NCBI GenBank assembly: GCA_965215185.1 | Contig: OZ244034.1 | Coordinates: forward strand, 1,856,001-1,920,000 | Origin: Acidimicrobiia bacterium | GTDB lineage: Bacteria; Actinomycetota; Acidimicrobiia; Spongiisociales; ZC4RG35 | Length of the DNA stretch: 64,000 nucleotides | Direction: 5' to 3' | Part shown: one piece after another, positions 28,309 to 38,271 of the stretch | Numbering within the stretch: position 1 is the first letter of the stretch | Layout: every line of letters begins with the position of its first letter | Made by a program: the position numbers and the translations under genes | Notes under the pieces: model-generated | Databases searched by the model: none | What the model was told of the DNA's origin: nothing | The model's input: only the letters and a program-made list of their open reading frames with translations

Positions 28309-29463
28309 ATGACCGTCGCAGCGCGGCTTCGTCCGTTCGGGAACACCATCTTCACCGAGATATCCCACCGCGCCCGGCAACACAAGGCAGTCGATCTGGG
28401 GCAGGGTTTTCCCGATTTCGAGGGCCCGAACTTCGTAAAACACGCCGCCAAGACAGGAATCGATGTTGAATCCAACCAGTATCCGCCCTCGATGGGCCTT
28501 CCCGTCCTTCGAGAGGCAGTCGCGGCCCGTTTCGAAGACCAGACCGGGAGAAAAGCCGACCCCGACCGGAATGTGACGATCACCTCGGGATGCACCGAGG
28601 CGCTGGCCGCTACCTTCCTGGGCCTGGTCGAGCCCGGCGATCGGGTGATCCTTCTGCAGCCCTGGTACGACGCCTATCCGGTGGGATGTTCTCTGGCCGG
28701 CGCCGTTCCCCGGTTCGTAACCTTGCGGCCCCCCGAATTCCGACTGCCCGAAGCACAGTTGCGACAAGCTTTCGAGGCCGGCGCCCGGGCGATCGTGTTC
28801 AACACCCCTCACAATCCCACCGGGCGGGTGTTCACCCAACAGGAACTGGATCTGGTGGCACAACTATGCATCTCCCATGACGTGATCGCCGTCACCGACG
28901 AAGTGTACGAGCACATCCGTTTCGACGACCACCCCCATCTGTCATTGGCCTCCTGGCCGGGGATGTGGGAAAGGACCGTAACCTTGTCGTCGGTGGGAAA
29001 GAGCTTCTCTCTCACCGGTTGGAAGACCGGATGGGCGGTCGCCCCGGAGAATCTCACCGCCGGGGTGCGAGCCGCCCACCAGTTTCTCACTTTCACCACC
29101 CCCAACCCCATGCAGTACGGCTCGGCCGCGGCTTTGTCGGCGCCCGGGGAGTATTTCGTGGAGTTACGGGCCCTCTACACCTCCCGGCGGGACCTGTTGG
29201 CGGAGGGACTGGACCGACTGGGGTTCGAGGTGTACACGCCGCAGGGCACCTACTTTCTCCTGGCCGACCACCGGCCGTTCGGATTCCCCGATGACGTGGC
29301 CTTCGTCAACCATCTGATCAAGGAAGTGGGGGTGGCGGCCATTCCCCCGTCGGTGTTCTATAACGATCCATCCGACGGTGCCGAGATGGTCCGCTTCGCC
29401 TTCTGCAAGAGCGAGGAGACACTGCGCGCCGCATTGGAGCGCATGAAGGCACTCCGCAAATAG
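28309..29463 (+). CDS. Aminotransferase class I/II (YbdL/DapC-like)
   Basis: DLGQGFPD, NTPHNPTG, DEVYE, SSVGKSFSLTGWKTG, VRFAFCK. Confidence 0.92.
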   Translation: MTVAARLRPFGNTIFTEISHRARQHKAVDLGQGFPDFEGPNFVKHAAKTGIDVESNQYPPSMGLPVLREAVAARFEDQTGRKADPDRNVTITSGCTEALAATFLGLVEPGDRVILLQPWYDAYPVGCSLAGAVPRFVTLRPPEFRLPEAQLRQAFEAGARAIVFNTPHNPTGRVFTQQELDLVAQLCISHDVIAVTDEVYEHIRFDDHPHLSLASWPGMWERTVTLSSVGKSFSLTGWKTGWAVAPENLTAGVRAAHQFLTFTTPNPMQYGSAAALSAPGEYFVELRALYTSRRDLLAEGLDRLGFEVYTPQGTYFLLADHRPFGFPDDVAFVNHLIKEVGVAAIPPSVFYNDPSDGAEMVRFAFCKSEETLRAALERMKALRK

Positions 29464-29472
29464 CGCGGAAAG

Positions 29473-30441
29473 TTAGGGGGTGAGGATCACCTTCCCGGTG
29501 GTGGCTCTGCCTTCCAGCATCCGGTGGGCCTGGGCCGCATCCCGCGTGGGAAGACTGTGGCTGATCCGAAGGCTCAGCTCGCCGCTCACCACCATCTGGA
29601 ACACCGCGGCGGCTCTGGCCAGAAGCTCGGCGCGGGTCAACACATAGTCAGACCCCGTGGGGCGGGTCAAGAACAGCGACCCCTCCTGGGTGAGACGCAG
29701 CGGCGCCACGGGAGGCACTGGCCCGCTGGCGTTTCCGAAGGTGACCATCATCCCTCGGGGCCGAAGCACGGACAGCCCCCGATCAAAAGTGACCGCGCCC
29801 ACCCCGTCATAGACCACATCGAGAGGCCTGGGACCTGCGATCTGCTCCACGGCGTCTCCGAAGTCGACCTCCCGGTAATAGATAACATGGTCGGCCCCCG
29901 CGCTCTTGGCAATCCGACCTTTCTCTTTGGACCCCACGGTGGTGAACACTTCCGCTCCCCGCTGTTTGGCCATCTGGATCAGCAGCAGCCCCACTCCCCC
30001 CGCTCCGGCATGCACCAGCGCCCGATCACCCTGTCCGAGGGGGAAGGTGTCGTGCGCTAGGAAGTGGGCGGTCAGCCCCTGCACCAGCAGCCCCGCCGCC
30101 GACTCGATCTCGAGATTCGGGGGTACGGGAACCATCTTCTCCGCCGGCCCCACTATCTGCTCGGCGTAGGACCCCTGGCATTGGCTCCAGGCCACCCGGT
30201 CGCCCACTTCGATTCCTTCCACCCCCTCCCCCAACTCCCGCACTATCCCCGCCCCCTCCAGCCCGAGAGTGAAAGGGAGTTCCACCGGATAGAGGCCGGT
30301 CCGCTGATAGGTGTCGATGAAATTCACACCCGCGGCCAGCACCGTGACCAGCGCTTGGCCCCGACCCGGACGCGGATCAGGCACCTCCCTCCACTTCAAC
30401 TGCTCGGCGGCGCCGTGGCTCTCGACCCTTATTGCGTGCAT
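29473..30441 (-). CDS. qor: NADPH:quinone oxidoreductase (MDR family)
   Basis: GVNFIDTYQRTG, HAGAGGVG, YDGVG, FGNASG, GSLFLTRP. Confidence 0.9.
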   Translation of the reverse strand: MHAIRVESHGAAEQLKWREVPDPRPGRGQALVTVLAAGVNFIDTYQRTGLYPVELPFTLGLEGAGIVRELGEGVEGIEVGDRVAWSQCQGSYAEQIVGPAEKMVPVPPNLEIESAAGLLVQGLTAHFLAHDTFPLGQGDRALVHAGAGGVGLLLIQMAKQRGAEVFTTVGSKEKGRIAKSAGADHVIYYREVDFGDAVEQIAGPRPLDVVYDGVGAVTFDRGLSVLRPRGMMVTFGNASGPVPPVAPLRLTQEGSLFLTRPTGSDYVLTRAELLARAAAVFQMVVSGELSLRISHSLPTRDAAQAHRMLEGRATTGKVILTP

Positions 30442-30567
30442 CTCACCTCCAGGATGGGAGTCTCGATTCGCCCAGTGTATATCCTGATCGGGGTGGCTGG
30501 CAATACCCGTCCGGGGCAACGGACAAGACACAAACGGGGAGGGACAATCCGTCTAAGCTGGTGAGCA

Positions 30568-31560
30568 ATGGCAAGAGTACGACTGTTCGCCAGCCTCAGA
30601 GAAGCGGCCCGCGCCTCGGAAGTGACCATCGAGGGCGCCACGGTGGGAGAAATTCTGGAGACCGCCTGCTCCCGTTTCGGGACGCAGTTCGCCGCCGTAT
30701 TGGCCACCGCCAAGGTTTGGCGCAACGGAGAGGAAGTTGACGCTTCCCAGCCGGTCAACCCCGACGATGAAATAGCGCTGCTGCCACCCGTCTCCGGTGG
30801 CGCCTTGGACTGGGGAAGAGAGTTCGGGTCGACCGGTGTCGGCACGCTGATAGTGGTGGCGGCACTAGTGCTGGGCAACCTGTCGGGCGACCTGGACTTG
30901 TGGTCGCCCATCCTGGCCGCCATGGTGGGACTGTGGACTGTGGACATCACCTCCGCGGCCGCAGATCGGGGATATCGGATCGCGGTTGGAGCGTTGCTGG
31001 CAGCGGAAGTAGCCGCCATGGCGATCATCCATCTCATTGGCCCCTCGGCCCTGTTGCCCGCCCTGGCCATGGGAGCAATTTTCTCTCTGGGCGCGGCCGT
31101 CTTCGTGCCGTTCCGACGTCACATAACTTCCATAGCCATATCAGCCGGCATAGGCACGCTGGCTTGTGGCGCGGTGGCTTCATTGATGCTGACCAGGTCG
31201 GTATTCGAGCCAGGGGCTCGGGCGATCGGATTCTTCTTGGCGGTGACCGTGGGCACCATAATCCTGGCGGAGGTGGCCCGGCGGGTCAGGACCAATCGGC
31301 TCTTCAACCGCCAGAACACAGTCGTGATCGGGGTGGTGGTGCTCTCGGCGCTGGGAGCGCTGCTGTGGGGATTCTCCGTCACCGCATTCCTGTTGATCGG
31401 GTTTGGCATGGCGGCAGCCTATCTGGCCGGTGAGGGCTTCGGCACTCTGCTTCGCTCCGGGCGATTATGGTCCAATCCGCTGCCCGGAATTCTGGCGAAT
31501 CTGGACGGCCCACTTTGTGCGGGGATGGTCTTTTTCTCCCTGCTGACTCTCATTGTCTAA
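30568..31560 (+). CDS. MoaD/ThiS ubiquitin-like domain fused to a multi-pass membrane domain (degenerate CdsA-like)
   Basis: RVRLFASLREAA...DEIALLPPVSGG then ~250 aa of TM helices ending PGILANLDG. Confidence 0.8.
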   Translation: MARVRLFASLREAARASEVTIEGATVGEILETACSRFGTQFAAVLATAKVWRNGEEVDASQPVNPDDEIALLPPVSGGALDWGREFGSTGVGTLIVVAALVLGNLSGDLDLWSPILAAMVGLWTVDITSAAADRGYRIAVGALLAAEVAAMAIIHLIGPSALLPALAMGAIFSLGAAVFVPFRRHITSIAISAGIGTLACGAVASLMLTRSVFEPGARAIGFFLAVTVGTIILAEVARRVRTNRLFNRQNTVVIGVVVLSALGALLWGFSVTAFLLIGFGMAAAYLAGEGFGTLLRSGRLWSNPLPGILANLDGPLCAGMVFFSLLTLIV

Positions 31561-31606
31561 CACCGACGGCTCATTAGTCGGCCGATTCTCTTAACCTCTT
31601 TTACAT

Positions 31607-32824
31607 ATGGGCACATCGGTGCGTATTCCGGCCGGTCTGGTCCTCGTAGCGACCCTCATGGGGGTGATCCTGACCGCAGGGGGAGCGGTGCTTTCCATGG
31701 CGCAAGAGGAGCAGAACCAGCAAGAGGTATCTCAAATACAGAAGGAGGAGGTCGACCAGGCCTGCGCGGTCTCCCGGGTTCAACTGGCCGTCTACGAAGA
31801 CGCCCTGGGTTCTTTCCACGAGGCCACCGCCGAGTGGGATATCGTTTTGGAAGACATCGAGATAGTACAAGAGCGACACGACGTGACGCTTTCTCTGGCA
31901 GCCAGTAAAGCCGCAGAGATGGAAGCCCTACGCGCCGGATTGGAGCAAACAGCCATCGAAATCTACATGCAGCAGGGCGTTTTGAGTCTCACGCCCTTTC
32001 TTGGGGAGACCCCCGGGGATCTGCTGGTCGGCGCCCAGTACCTGGACAGCGGAACCGACACGAAACTCGCCGAGATCAACAACTACCTCAGCGCTCAGCG
32101 AGACCTGGACCGCCATCGGGCCGAAATCGAGGAACTGGGCGCCGAGCTGGCGCACTTGGAGGACCAACGGCAGGACTGGATGCGGCGTCTGTCGGTGGCT
32201 GCCCGCGATCAGCACGCCGCCTGGGATGACCTGGACGAACAATGCCAGCAACTGGTCAGACAATGGGAGGCCCAGGAGGCCCGCCGCCGCGCAGAAGAGG
32301 CCCGACAGCTCGCAGAAGAGGCCCGCCAGCGCAGGGCGGCCCTGGCCGCGGCGACCCGGCGGCGTGAACAGAATCGCATCCAAGCCATAGCCCGCGCCGC
32401 CCAACAGGGCCAGGGCGTGGGGCCCATCTCCGGGCTGGTCTGTCCCTTCCCGGGATCATCGTTCGTGGATTCCTGGGGCGCTCCCCGCTCGGGAGGCAGA
32501 ACCCACCGGGGCGTTGACATGTTCGGTCCTCAAAACGCTCGCCTGCTTGCGGTGGCAGGCGGAACCATCACCATCGTCAACGGAGGGCTGGGAGGCAGGG
32601 GTATCTGGCTTCATTCGGACAACGGAGTCGACTACTACTACGCTCACCTGAGCGGTTGGGCGGTTAACCAAGGTGACCGTGTGACGGCCGGCCAGGTGGT
32701 GGGATACAACGGCGCCAGCGGGAATGCCTATGGGGGACTGCCCCATCTGCACCTGCAACTTCATCCCAACGGGCGGACATCATCCGCATACAACCCATAC
32801 CCCACCATCCGAGCGGCTTGTTGA
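31607..32824 (+). CDS. M23 family peptidoglycan endopeptidase with coiled coil
   Basis: Signal peptide, long coiled coil, HRGVD, YYAHL, HLH. Confidence 0.9.
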   Translation: MGTSVRIPAGLVLVATLMGVILTAGGAVLSMAQEEQNQQEVSQIQKEEVDQACAVSRVQLAVYEDALGSFHEATAEWDIVLEDIEIVQERHDVTLSLAASKAAEMEALRAGLEQTAIEIYMQQGVLSLTPFLGETPGDLLVGAQYLDSGTDTKLAEINNYLSAQRDLDRHRAEIEELGAELAHLEDQRQDWMRRLSVAARDQHAAWDDLDEQCQQLVRQWEAQEARRRAEEARQLAEEARQRRAALAAATRRREQNRIQAIARAAQQGQGVGPISGLVCPFPGSSFVDSWGAPRSGGRTHRGVDMFGPQNARLLAVAGGTITIVNGGLGGRGIWLHSDNGVDYYYAHLSGWAVNQGDRVTAGQVVGYNGASGNAYGGLPHLHLQLHPNGRTSSAYNPYPTIRAAC

Positions 32825-32828
32825 CCTG

Positions 32829-33743
32829 ATGCGTTCACACCAGGACTGGGACACCACCGCCTTTAACCTGCCCACCGTCGCCCCTCATCTCGGTCCCTTT
32901 CCCGGGCGCGACTTTCTGCGGACGCTCACCGACCAGCGCTTCGGGGCCCCCACCCGGGTGGAGTTGGCGGAGACCGACGATGGGCTGCTGGCCTTGGAGT
33001 GGGAGGAACAGACGGTGCGCATGGCGGGTCGAGCCTCTTTGACCGACTATCACAGCCCGCGAGGCGCCTCGGTACCGGCGTTGGTGGCGCAGTGGTGGGA
33101 AAGCCAAGAAAAAGGCACGCATCTGGTTTGGGATTCTCTTCCCCATGCGGCCGCCCGAGCCGTGGAGGCGGGACTGAACCGGGCGGGGGCCAGTGCGGTC
33201 ACCGAGCAGACCGAGGTGGCGGCAGTATTGCATCTGCCCCCCACCTTCACAGAGTATTTGCAGATGGTGACCAAGAAGGAGCGGCACGAGATCCGTCGCA
33301 AAGCCAGACGCTACGACAAGGGTCTGGGAGAGGCGACGCTTCGCACTCGACATGGGCCCGGCTGGGAATTCGAAGAATTCGTTCGACTTCATAAACTGGC
33401 TAGCGGGCCCAAAGGACAGTTCATGGATGAGGAAACGACGCCGCTGTTCCGACAGTTAGTCGATCTTTCCGGTTGGAGGGTCGATGTGTTGGACACCGGG
33501 GACGGGCAAGCCGCCGCCTGTGTGTTCGGCTATTCCGACGAAGACTGCTATTACCTGTACAACTCCTCCTTCGACCCGTCCCACTCCGCCCTCTCTCCCG
33601 GGGTGGTCTTGCTGACTTCTTTAATCGAAAGGGTGATCGGGGAGGGTCTAACCCGTTTCGATTTCCTGAAGGGAGACGAGACCTACAAACGTCGTCTCGG
33701 AGCCGTTTATCGCCCCCTCTACACGGTTACCAGTCGAAAATGA
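32829..33743 (+). CDS. GNAT family acetyltransferase (CelD/BcsL-like)
   Basis: KERHEIRRKARR, YLYNSSFD, SPGVVL, FDFLKGDETYK. Confidence 0.85.
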   Translation: MRSHQDWDTTAFNLPTVAPHLGPFPGRDFLRTLTDQRFGAPTRVELAETDDGLLALEWEEQTVRMAGRASLTDYHSPRGASVPALVAQWWESQEKGTHLVWDSLPHAAARAVEAGLNRAGASAVTEQTEVAAVLHLPPTFTEYLQMVTKKERHEIRRKARRYDKGLGEATLRTRHGPGWEFEEFVRLHKLASGPKGQFMDEETTPLFRQLVDLSGWRVDVLDTGDGQAAACVFGYSDEDCYYLYNSSFDPSHSALSPGVVLLTSLIERVIGEGLTRFDFLKGDETYKRRLGAVYRPLYTVTSRK

Positions 33744-34960
33744 TCGCCCGGGTTGCCTTCGTCTCCATGCACACCTCCCCCCTTTTGGACCCGGGGGAAG
33801 GCGATGCGGGTGGGATGAACGTCTATCTTCATGAACTGGCGGCCACGATGGCCGCCCAAAGGGTACAGGTCCAGGTTTTCACCCGCAAGGACCATCCCGA
33901 ACTGGCCGAGACAGTGCAGGTCGCCCCGGGCTATCAGGTCCACCACTTGGAAGCCGGACCTCTGCGCCCACTGCCCATCGAAGCCCAGGTCCCGCATCTG
34001 GGGGAGTTCAGCAAGGCGTTGGTGGAGCGACTGGAAGCCGCGGCGGTCCCCCCCGATTTGGTTCACAGTCACTACTGGCTCTCGGGGTGGGCGGCCCTGG
34101 AAGCCAAGGAGCGATTGGGCATCCCGATGGCCAACTCTTTTCACACCCTGGGCAGGGTGAAGGACATTACCCGACGGGCGGATCAATCCCCCTCCGACCC
34201 GGTGCGGATCGCCGCCGAACAGACCCTGATCGCCAGCGCCAACTGTGTGGTGGCCTCCACCCCTTACGAGGCGGACGACCTTATGGATCACTACGGGGCC
34301 GATCCCACCAAGCTGTGCGTCTCCCCGCCAGGAGTGAACCGGACTTATTTCCAGCCCGGAGACCGGTCCGAGGCCCGGTCGAGACTGGGTTTGGGAGAGG
34401 AGCCCCTGGCATTGTTCGTAGGAAGGATCCAGGCCCTGAAAGGACCGGACGTGGCGGTGGCCTCGGTGGCGATGGCCCGCGATAGCCTGGAGAATCTCCG
34501 TCTGTTGATAGTGGGGGGACCGAGCGGACCCGACGGAGAGCGGGAAATGCAGGCCCTGCGCCGGGCCGCTTCTGACCTCGGACCCGACGCCGTCCTTTTC
34601 CACCCTCCGGTCGGACATAGCCGTCTCGCCGACTACTACCAGGCGGCGGATGTGCTGCTGGCCCCGTCCCGCAGCGAGTCCTTCGGACTGGTGGCCGCGG
34701 AAGCCCAAGCCTGCGGACTGCCGGTGGTGGCCGCTCGGAGGGGAGGGCTGCGGTACGTCGTGGAGGACGGAGGCTCGGGACTGCTGGTGGATGGCTGGGA
34801 CCCGCAAGGGTACGCGGCGGCCATCTGCAAGGTGATCGGGGACAACCAACTGCGCGCCTCGATGTCCGGGCGGGCGGTGGAATGGGCGCGCCAGTACTCC
34901 TGGCAGGCCACCTGCGACCGGCTTTTGGAGTTGTACCGAAGCGTGCTCTTCCACAGATGA
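33740..34960 (+). CDS. mshA: D-inositol-3-phosphate glycosyltransferase (mycothiol biosynthesis)
   Basis: SMHTSPL..PGEGDAGGMNVY, HSHYWLSG, GRIQALKG, SESFGLVAAEAQACG; followed by YbjN gene. Confidence 0.85.
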   Translation: MIARVAFVSMHTSPLLDPGEGDAGGMNVYLHELAATMAAQRVQVQVFTRKDHPELAETVQVAPGYQVHHLEAGPLRPLPIEAQVPHLGEFSKALVERLEAAAVPPDLVHSHYWLSGWAALEAKERLGIPMANSFHTLGRVKDITRRADQSPSDPVRIAAEQTLIASANCVVASTPYEADDLMDHYGADPTKLCVSPPGVNRTYFQPGDRSEARSRLGLGEEPLALFVGRIQALKGPDVAVASVAMARDSLENLRLLIVGGPSGPDGEREMQALRRAASDLGPDAVLFHPPVGHSRLADYYQAADVLLAPSRSESFGLVAAEAQACGLPVVAARRGGLRYVVEDGGSGLLVDGWDPQGYAAAICKVIGDNQLRASMSGRAVEWARQYSWQATCDRLLELYRSVLFHR

Positions 34961-35376
34961 GCCTTCTCGCCACCATCTTGGTTGAGGCCATCTCCTCGTG
35001 GGTGGATGATCCCGAAAGCGATGTCGAGTACTCCGAAAAGGTGGATGATCGCTGGGCGGTACGGATGCGACAGAGCGTCCGCTCGGCCACCACCGTCTGG
35101 TGGACCGTGGGCGACCGAAGCGTCATCGCCGAAGCGTATGTTCTCCCGGCCCCGCCCGCCAACCAGGTCAATGTGTACCGGCTGTGCCTGTTGCGCAACC
35201 ACCGCATGTGGCGATGCCATTTCGCGCTCGACCGGGAGGGAGCGTTGGTGTTGACCGGCCGGCTGGCTGCCGCCGAGGTGAACCCCCACTCATTGGATCT
35301 GCTGTTGGGCGAAATGTACGAGGCCGTGGAACTCAGCTTCCGGCCGCTGGCGATGATGGCCTTTCGCAAAAACTGA
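34957..35376 (+). CDS. YbjN domain protein
   Basis: YRLCLLRN, FALDREG, LDLLLG; usual position downstream of mshA. Confidence 0.75.
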   Translation: MSLLATILVEAISSWVDDPESDVEYSEKVDDRWAVRMRQSVRSATTVWWTVGDRSVIAEAYVLPAPPANQVNVYRLCLLRNHRMWRCHFALDREGALVLTGRLAAAEVNPHSLDLLLGEMYEAVELSFRPLAMMAFRKN

Positions 35377-35611
35377 CCAAATCTGAGAACCGGGGATAAT
35401 CCACAATCGCGAAAAGAACCCCCGAAAGGCTTGATTAGACCCACCCAGCCGGTCCATCCTGTAAGCGGCCGGGCGGAAACCGGGCGTTTCGTCGAGCGTC
35501 ACCTATAGGGAAGGCGGGATGACACCTAAAATCGCTCGCCCGCTCGGCCGCCAACGCCCCGATCGTGATCGTGATCGTGGGAGGCTTCAACAAGGATTGG
35601 GAAGTTAGACT

Positions 35612-36310
35612 TTGACGCATAAGGCTGAAAAGGAGCAACAACACATAGACCTTGAAGCCATGCAGCGGGAGATGTACCTGCTCCCCGAAGCAGCCCGCCT
35701 GCTTCGCATAAATACCACCACCCTGAAAAGATGGCTGGAAGGAGACGAGCGGCTCCCGCCCGTGATTCGTCCCCAAGCCACAGGATCCGACGCGGTGACC
35801 TGGGGAGAGTTTGTGGAAGCAGGTTTTCTGCGGGAATATCGTAGGTCCTTGAGCCTCCAGAGGATACGTCCCGCTATTGCGAAACTACGGGAAAAATTTG
35901 ATGTGCCTTATCCCTTGGCGCATTACAAGCCCTTTATCGGACCAGGGCGCCATTTGACACTGGAGGCGCAACAGGAGGCACAAGTACCCCCAGATCTGTT
36001 CATCGTCTGGGAGATAGCAACAGGACAGTTGGCGCTCGCTGATTCAGCCTTGGGCTACATCGAGAAAGTCGACTTTGCTGCAGAAGGCAGGCGTTGGGCA
36101 GAGCGTATTCATCCAGCGGGACGGGAATCCCCGGTAGTTATCGATCCCGATTACTCGTTCGGAGCGCCAACCATCCGGGGCATCAAGACCTACATCATCA
36201 CCGAACTCGTGGAAGCGGGTGAATCTCTGGAATTCGTAGCAGAGGGCTACTCGCTTTCGGTGGCTGAAATAGAAGCCGCGGTCGCTTATGAAGGGAAAGC
36301 CGCTGCCTAA
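35612..36310 (+). CDS. DUF433-domain antitoxin (VapB45-like); start may be 35660
   Basis: N-terminal HTH EAARLLRI..TLKRW, C-terminal IDPDYSFGAPTIRG..EIEAAVAYE. Confidence 0.8.
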   Translation: MTHKAEKEQQHIDLEAMQREMYLLPEAARLLRINTTTLKRWLEGDERLPPVIRPQATGSDAVTWGEFVEAGFLREYRRSLSLQRIRPAIAKLREKFDVPYPLAHYKPFIGPGRHLTLEAQQEAQVPPDLFIVWEIATGQLALADSALGYIEKVDFAAEGRRWAERIHPAGRESPVVIDPDYSFGAPTIRGIKTYIITELVEAGESLEFVAEGYSLSVAEIEAAVAYEGKAAA

Positions 36311-36752
36311 GAGAAAGCCGTCCACGGTCCGCTTCTATATGGATGCTGACGTACTCGGTCTCGCCAAGGTCATTTCCAAAATCCGGCCTGATGTCACGTA
36401 CCCGGGCGATCCGGGCGGGGAGATCAGAAAGCGGGTACGACCACCCTGCCCGATCACCGATACTGAAACCACGGACCTCATATGGATCCCACAAGTCGCC
36501 CAGCGAGACTGGACCATCATCACCCGAGACCGGAATATTTCACGAAAACCAGCGGAGCGCGATACCGTGATCGCTTACAACGCTAAGCTTTTTGTCTTTA
36601 TTAAGCCCATCAATAAGAACTTTGATCTGTGGTCTCAACTGGAAGTCCTGATGACTCGATGGCGCGACATCGAACGACTCGGCGAAGAATCCGGGCCATT
36701 TATCTATAACGTCCATCGCACCACCGTCAATAGGGTCTGGCCAGCGGTTTAG
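36288..36752 (+). CDS. PIN-domain toxin (VapC45-like)
   Basis: RFYMDAD, DLIWIPQVAQRDWTIITRDRNI..ER; overlaps antitoxin stop. Confidence 0.8.
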   Translation: MKGKPLPKRKPSTVRFYMDADVLGLAKVISKIRPDVTYPGDPGGEIRKRVRPPCPITDTETTDLIWIPQVAQRDWTIITRDRNISRKPAERDTVIAYNAKLFVFIKPINKNFDLWSQLEVLMTRWRDIERLGEESGPFIYNVHRTTVNRVWPAV

Positions 36753-36810
36753 GTTATATCTTCGGGTCTCTATTTCTGTCCGGAGGTGGAATGGGCAGTC
36801 AGTACTCCTT

Positions 36811-36893
36811 ATCCCTGAATCCCTGGACCTGCTGGTGGGAGAGATCTACGAGGAGGTGAAGCTCAGCTTAAGGCCCTGACGATGATGGCCTTC
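36811..36893 (+). repeat. Diverged copy of the 3' end of the YbjN gene (35281-35366)
   Basis: SLDLLVGEIYEEVKLSLRP..MMAF versus SLDLLLGEMYEAVELSFRPLAMMAF, with a 1-nt deletion. Confidence 0.85.
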
Positions 36894-37030
36894 CCCGATT
36901 CGCGGATAGAGCGCCCCGAATGAGCTTGAACACCCCGTCCAACCGCTGACATCCCGTCATAATCCTTCATCCTCGGCAGAGGCACTTCAACATAAACTCG
37001 GAGGCTAAAGGATGACAGGGAGTAACCCCC

Positions 37031-37231
37031 ATGGATGAGGTAACCGGTAGCGGGGAGGAGACAGCTGTCACTAAGAACGGTCGCCCGGTTTGGCTGGCGC
37101 CTTGCCGCAGAAAACCGGACTCTTTCTTGGGCCGCGACCGGGACAATATTGGCATTCTGGGCGACACCATCAAGCCAGTGAATACGGAATGGGAGGCCGA
37201 GACCAACCCAGGCAGGGTGCTGAATCCTTGA
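37031..37231 (+). pseudogene. Degenerate Phd/YefM antitoxin remnant
   Basis: MDEV..SGEETAVTKNGRPV motif; N-terminus missing; no intact toxin follows. Confidence 0.6.
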
Positions 37232-37340
37232 TCTTGCTGAATCTGGGTAGAGGCGGAGGACAGACCAGGCTTCACCTTTGGGTCGCCCGGGTTCTAGCCT
37301 GTGGAGTCTGCGGCCTTTATCCTGTTGATCAGCCAGACCC

Positions 37341-38183
37341 ATGAGCCTTCCCATCAACTTTCTCTCCGATTTTGGAACCGACGACGAATTCGTTGGCGTA
37401 GTTCACGGCGTTTTAGCCCGGATTGCTCCCCAGTCGCGGGTGATCGACATCAACCATGGGATCGCGGCGGGGAGCGTACGGGCCGGCGCCCTTTCCCTGC
37501 TCCGCGCCGTTCAATACCTTCCCGCCGGAGTGACCCTGGCGGTGGTCGATCCCGGAGTGGGGACCGACCGCCGGGCCTTGGCCGTGGAAACCCTTGAGAT
37601 GACTTTCGTCGGACCTGACAACGGCCTCCTCTCACCCGCGGTGGCCATGATGGGAGGAGCCCTTCAGATGGTCTCGATTGAAAACCCCGACTATCGCCTG
37701 CCGGGCGCCGGCAACACCTTCTGGGGACGGGATGTCTTTGCTCCCGCCGCCGGGTCGTTGGCGGCGGGAGAAGCGCGCCTGGCTGACCTTGGCCCTTCGC
37801 TCGGACCCCATGAAGTCACTCCCCTGCTACTGCCTCTGTCGGAAATAACCGCCGGCCGGGTGAGCGGTGAAGCCTGGTGGGTGGACACCTACGGCAACGT
37901 CCAAACCAACATCTCCCCAGACGACCTGCAGGTCGCCGGCCTGGAGACCTGCTCGGAGCTTGCGGTGCGATTGGGCGCCTCCGTCCACCACATTCGGATG
38001 GCAGAGACCTACGCCCAGGTGGGCAGGGGCGAGATGCTGATCCATGTCGACTCGGCGGGGATGCTGGCCTTGGCGATGAGAGGAGGGCGGGCCTGTGACC
38101 GGCTGAGCCTCACCGAGGGGAGGTCAGTGGTCATGGAGAGAACATCAGTCCCCACAGTTGCACCACCGCCGCCACCACGATGA
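37341..38183 (+). CDS. SAM hydroxide adenosyltransferase / SAM-dependent halogenase family (DUF62)
   Basis: FLSDFG, VVDPGVGTDRR, GPDNGLL, TFWGRDVFAP, VDTYGN. Confidence 0.9.
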   Translation: MSLPINFLSDFGTDDEFVGVVHGVLARIAPQSRVIDINHGIAAGSVRAGALSLLRAVQYLPAGVTLAVVDPGVGTDRRALAVETLEMTFVGPDNGLLSPAVAMMGGALQMVSIENPDYRLPGAGNTFWGRDVFAPAAGSLAAGEARLADLGPSLGPHEVTPLLLPLSEITAGRVSGEAWWVDTYGNVQTNISPDDLQVAGLETCSELAVRLGASVHHIRMAETYAQVGRGEMLIHVDSAGMLALAMRGGRACDRLSLTEGRSVVMERTSVPTVAPPPPPR

Positions 38184-38226
38184 TCAAGGCCAGGGCCACT
38201 ATCACTATCGCGGTGCCGGGTCGCAC
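38131..38226 (-). CDS. Possible 31-aa single-pass membrane peptide
   Basis: GTG-RPGTAIVIVALALIIVVAAVVQLWGLMFSP*; overlaps the low-complexity tail of the DUF62 gene. Confidence 0.35.
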   Translation of the reverse strand: MRPGTAIVIVALALIIVVAAVVQLWGLMFSP

Positions 38227-38271
38227 TATGTCACTTCCAAGAACGGGGACGGGAATTACCCAGGATATCCG

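Noticed and set aside
37341-38183. Fluorinase/chlorinase linked to the crcB genes
   Set aside because: More than 20 kb from crcB; DUF62 members are usually SAM hydrolases; halogenase activity cannot be read from the sequence
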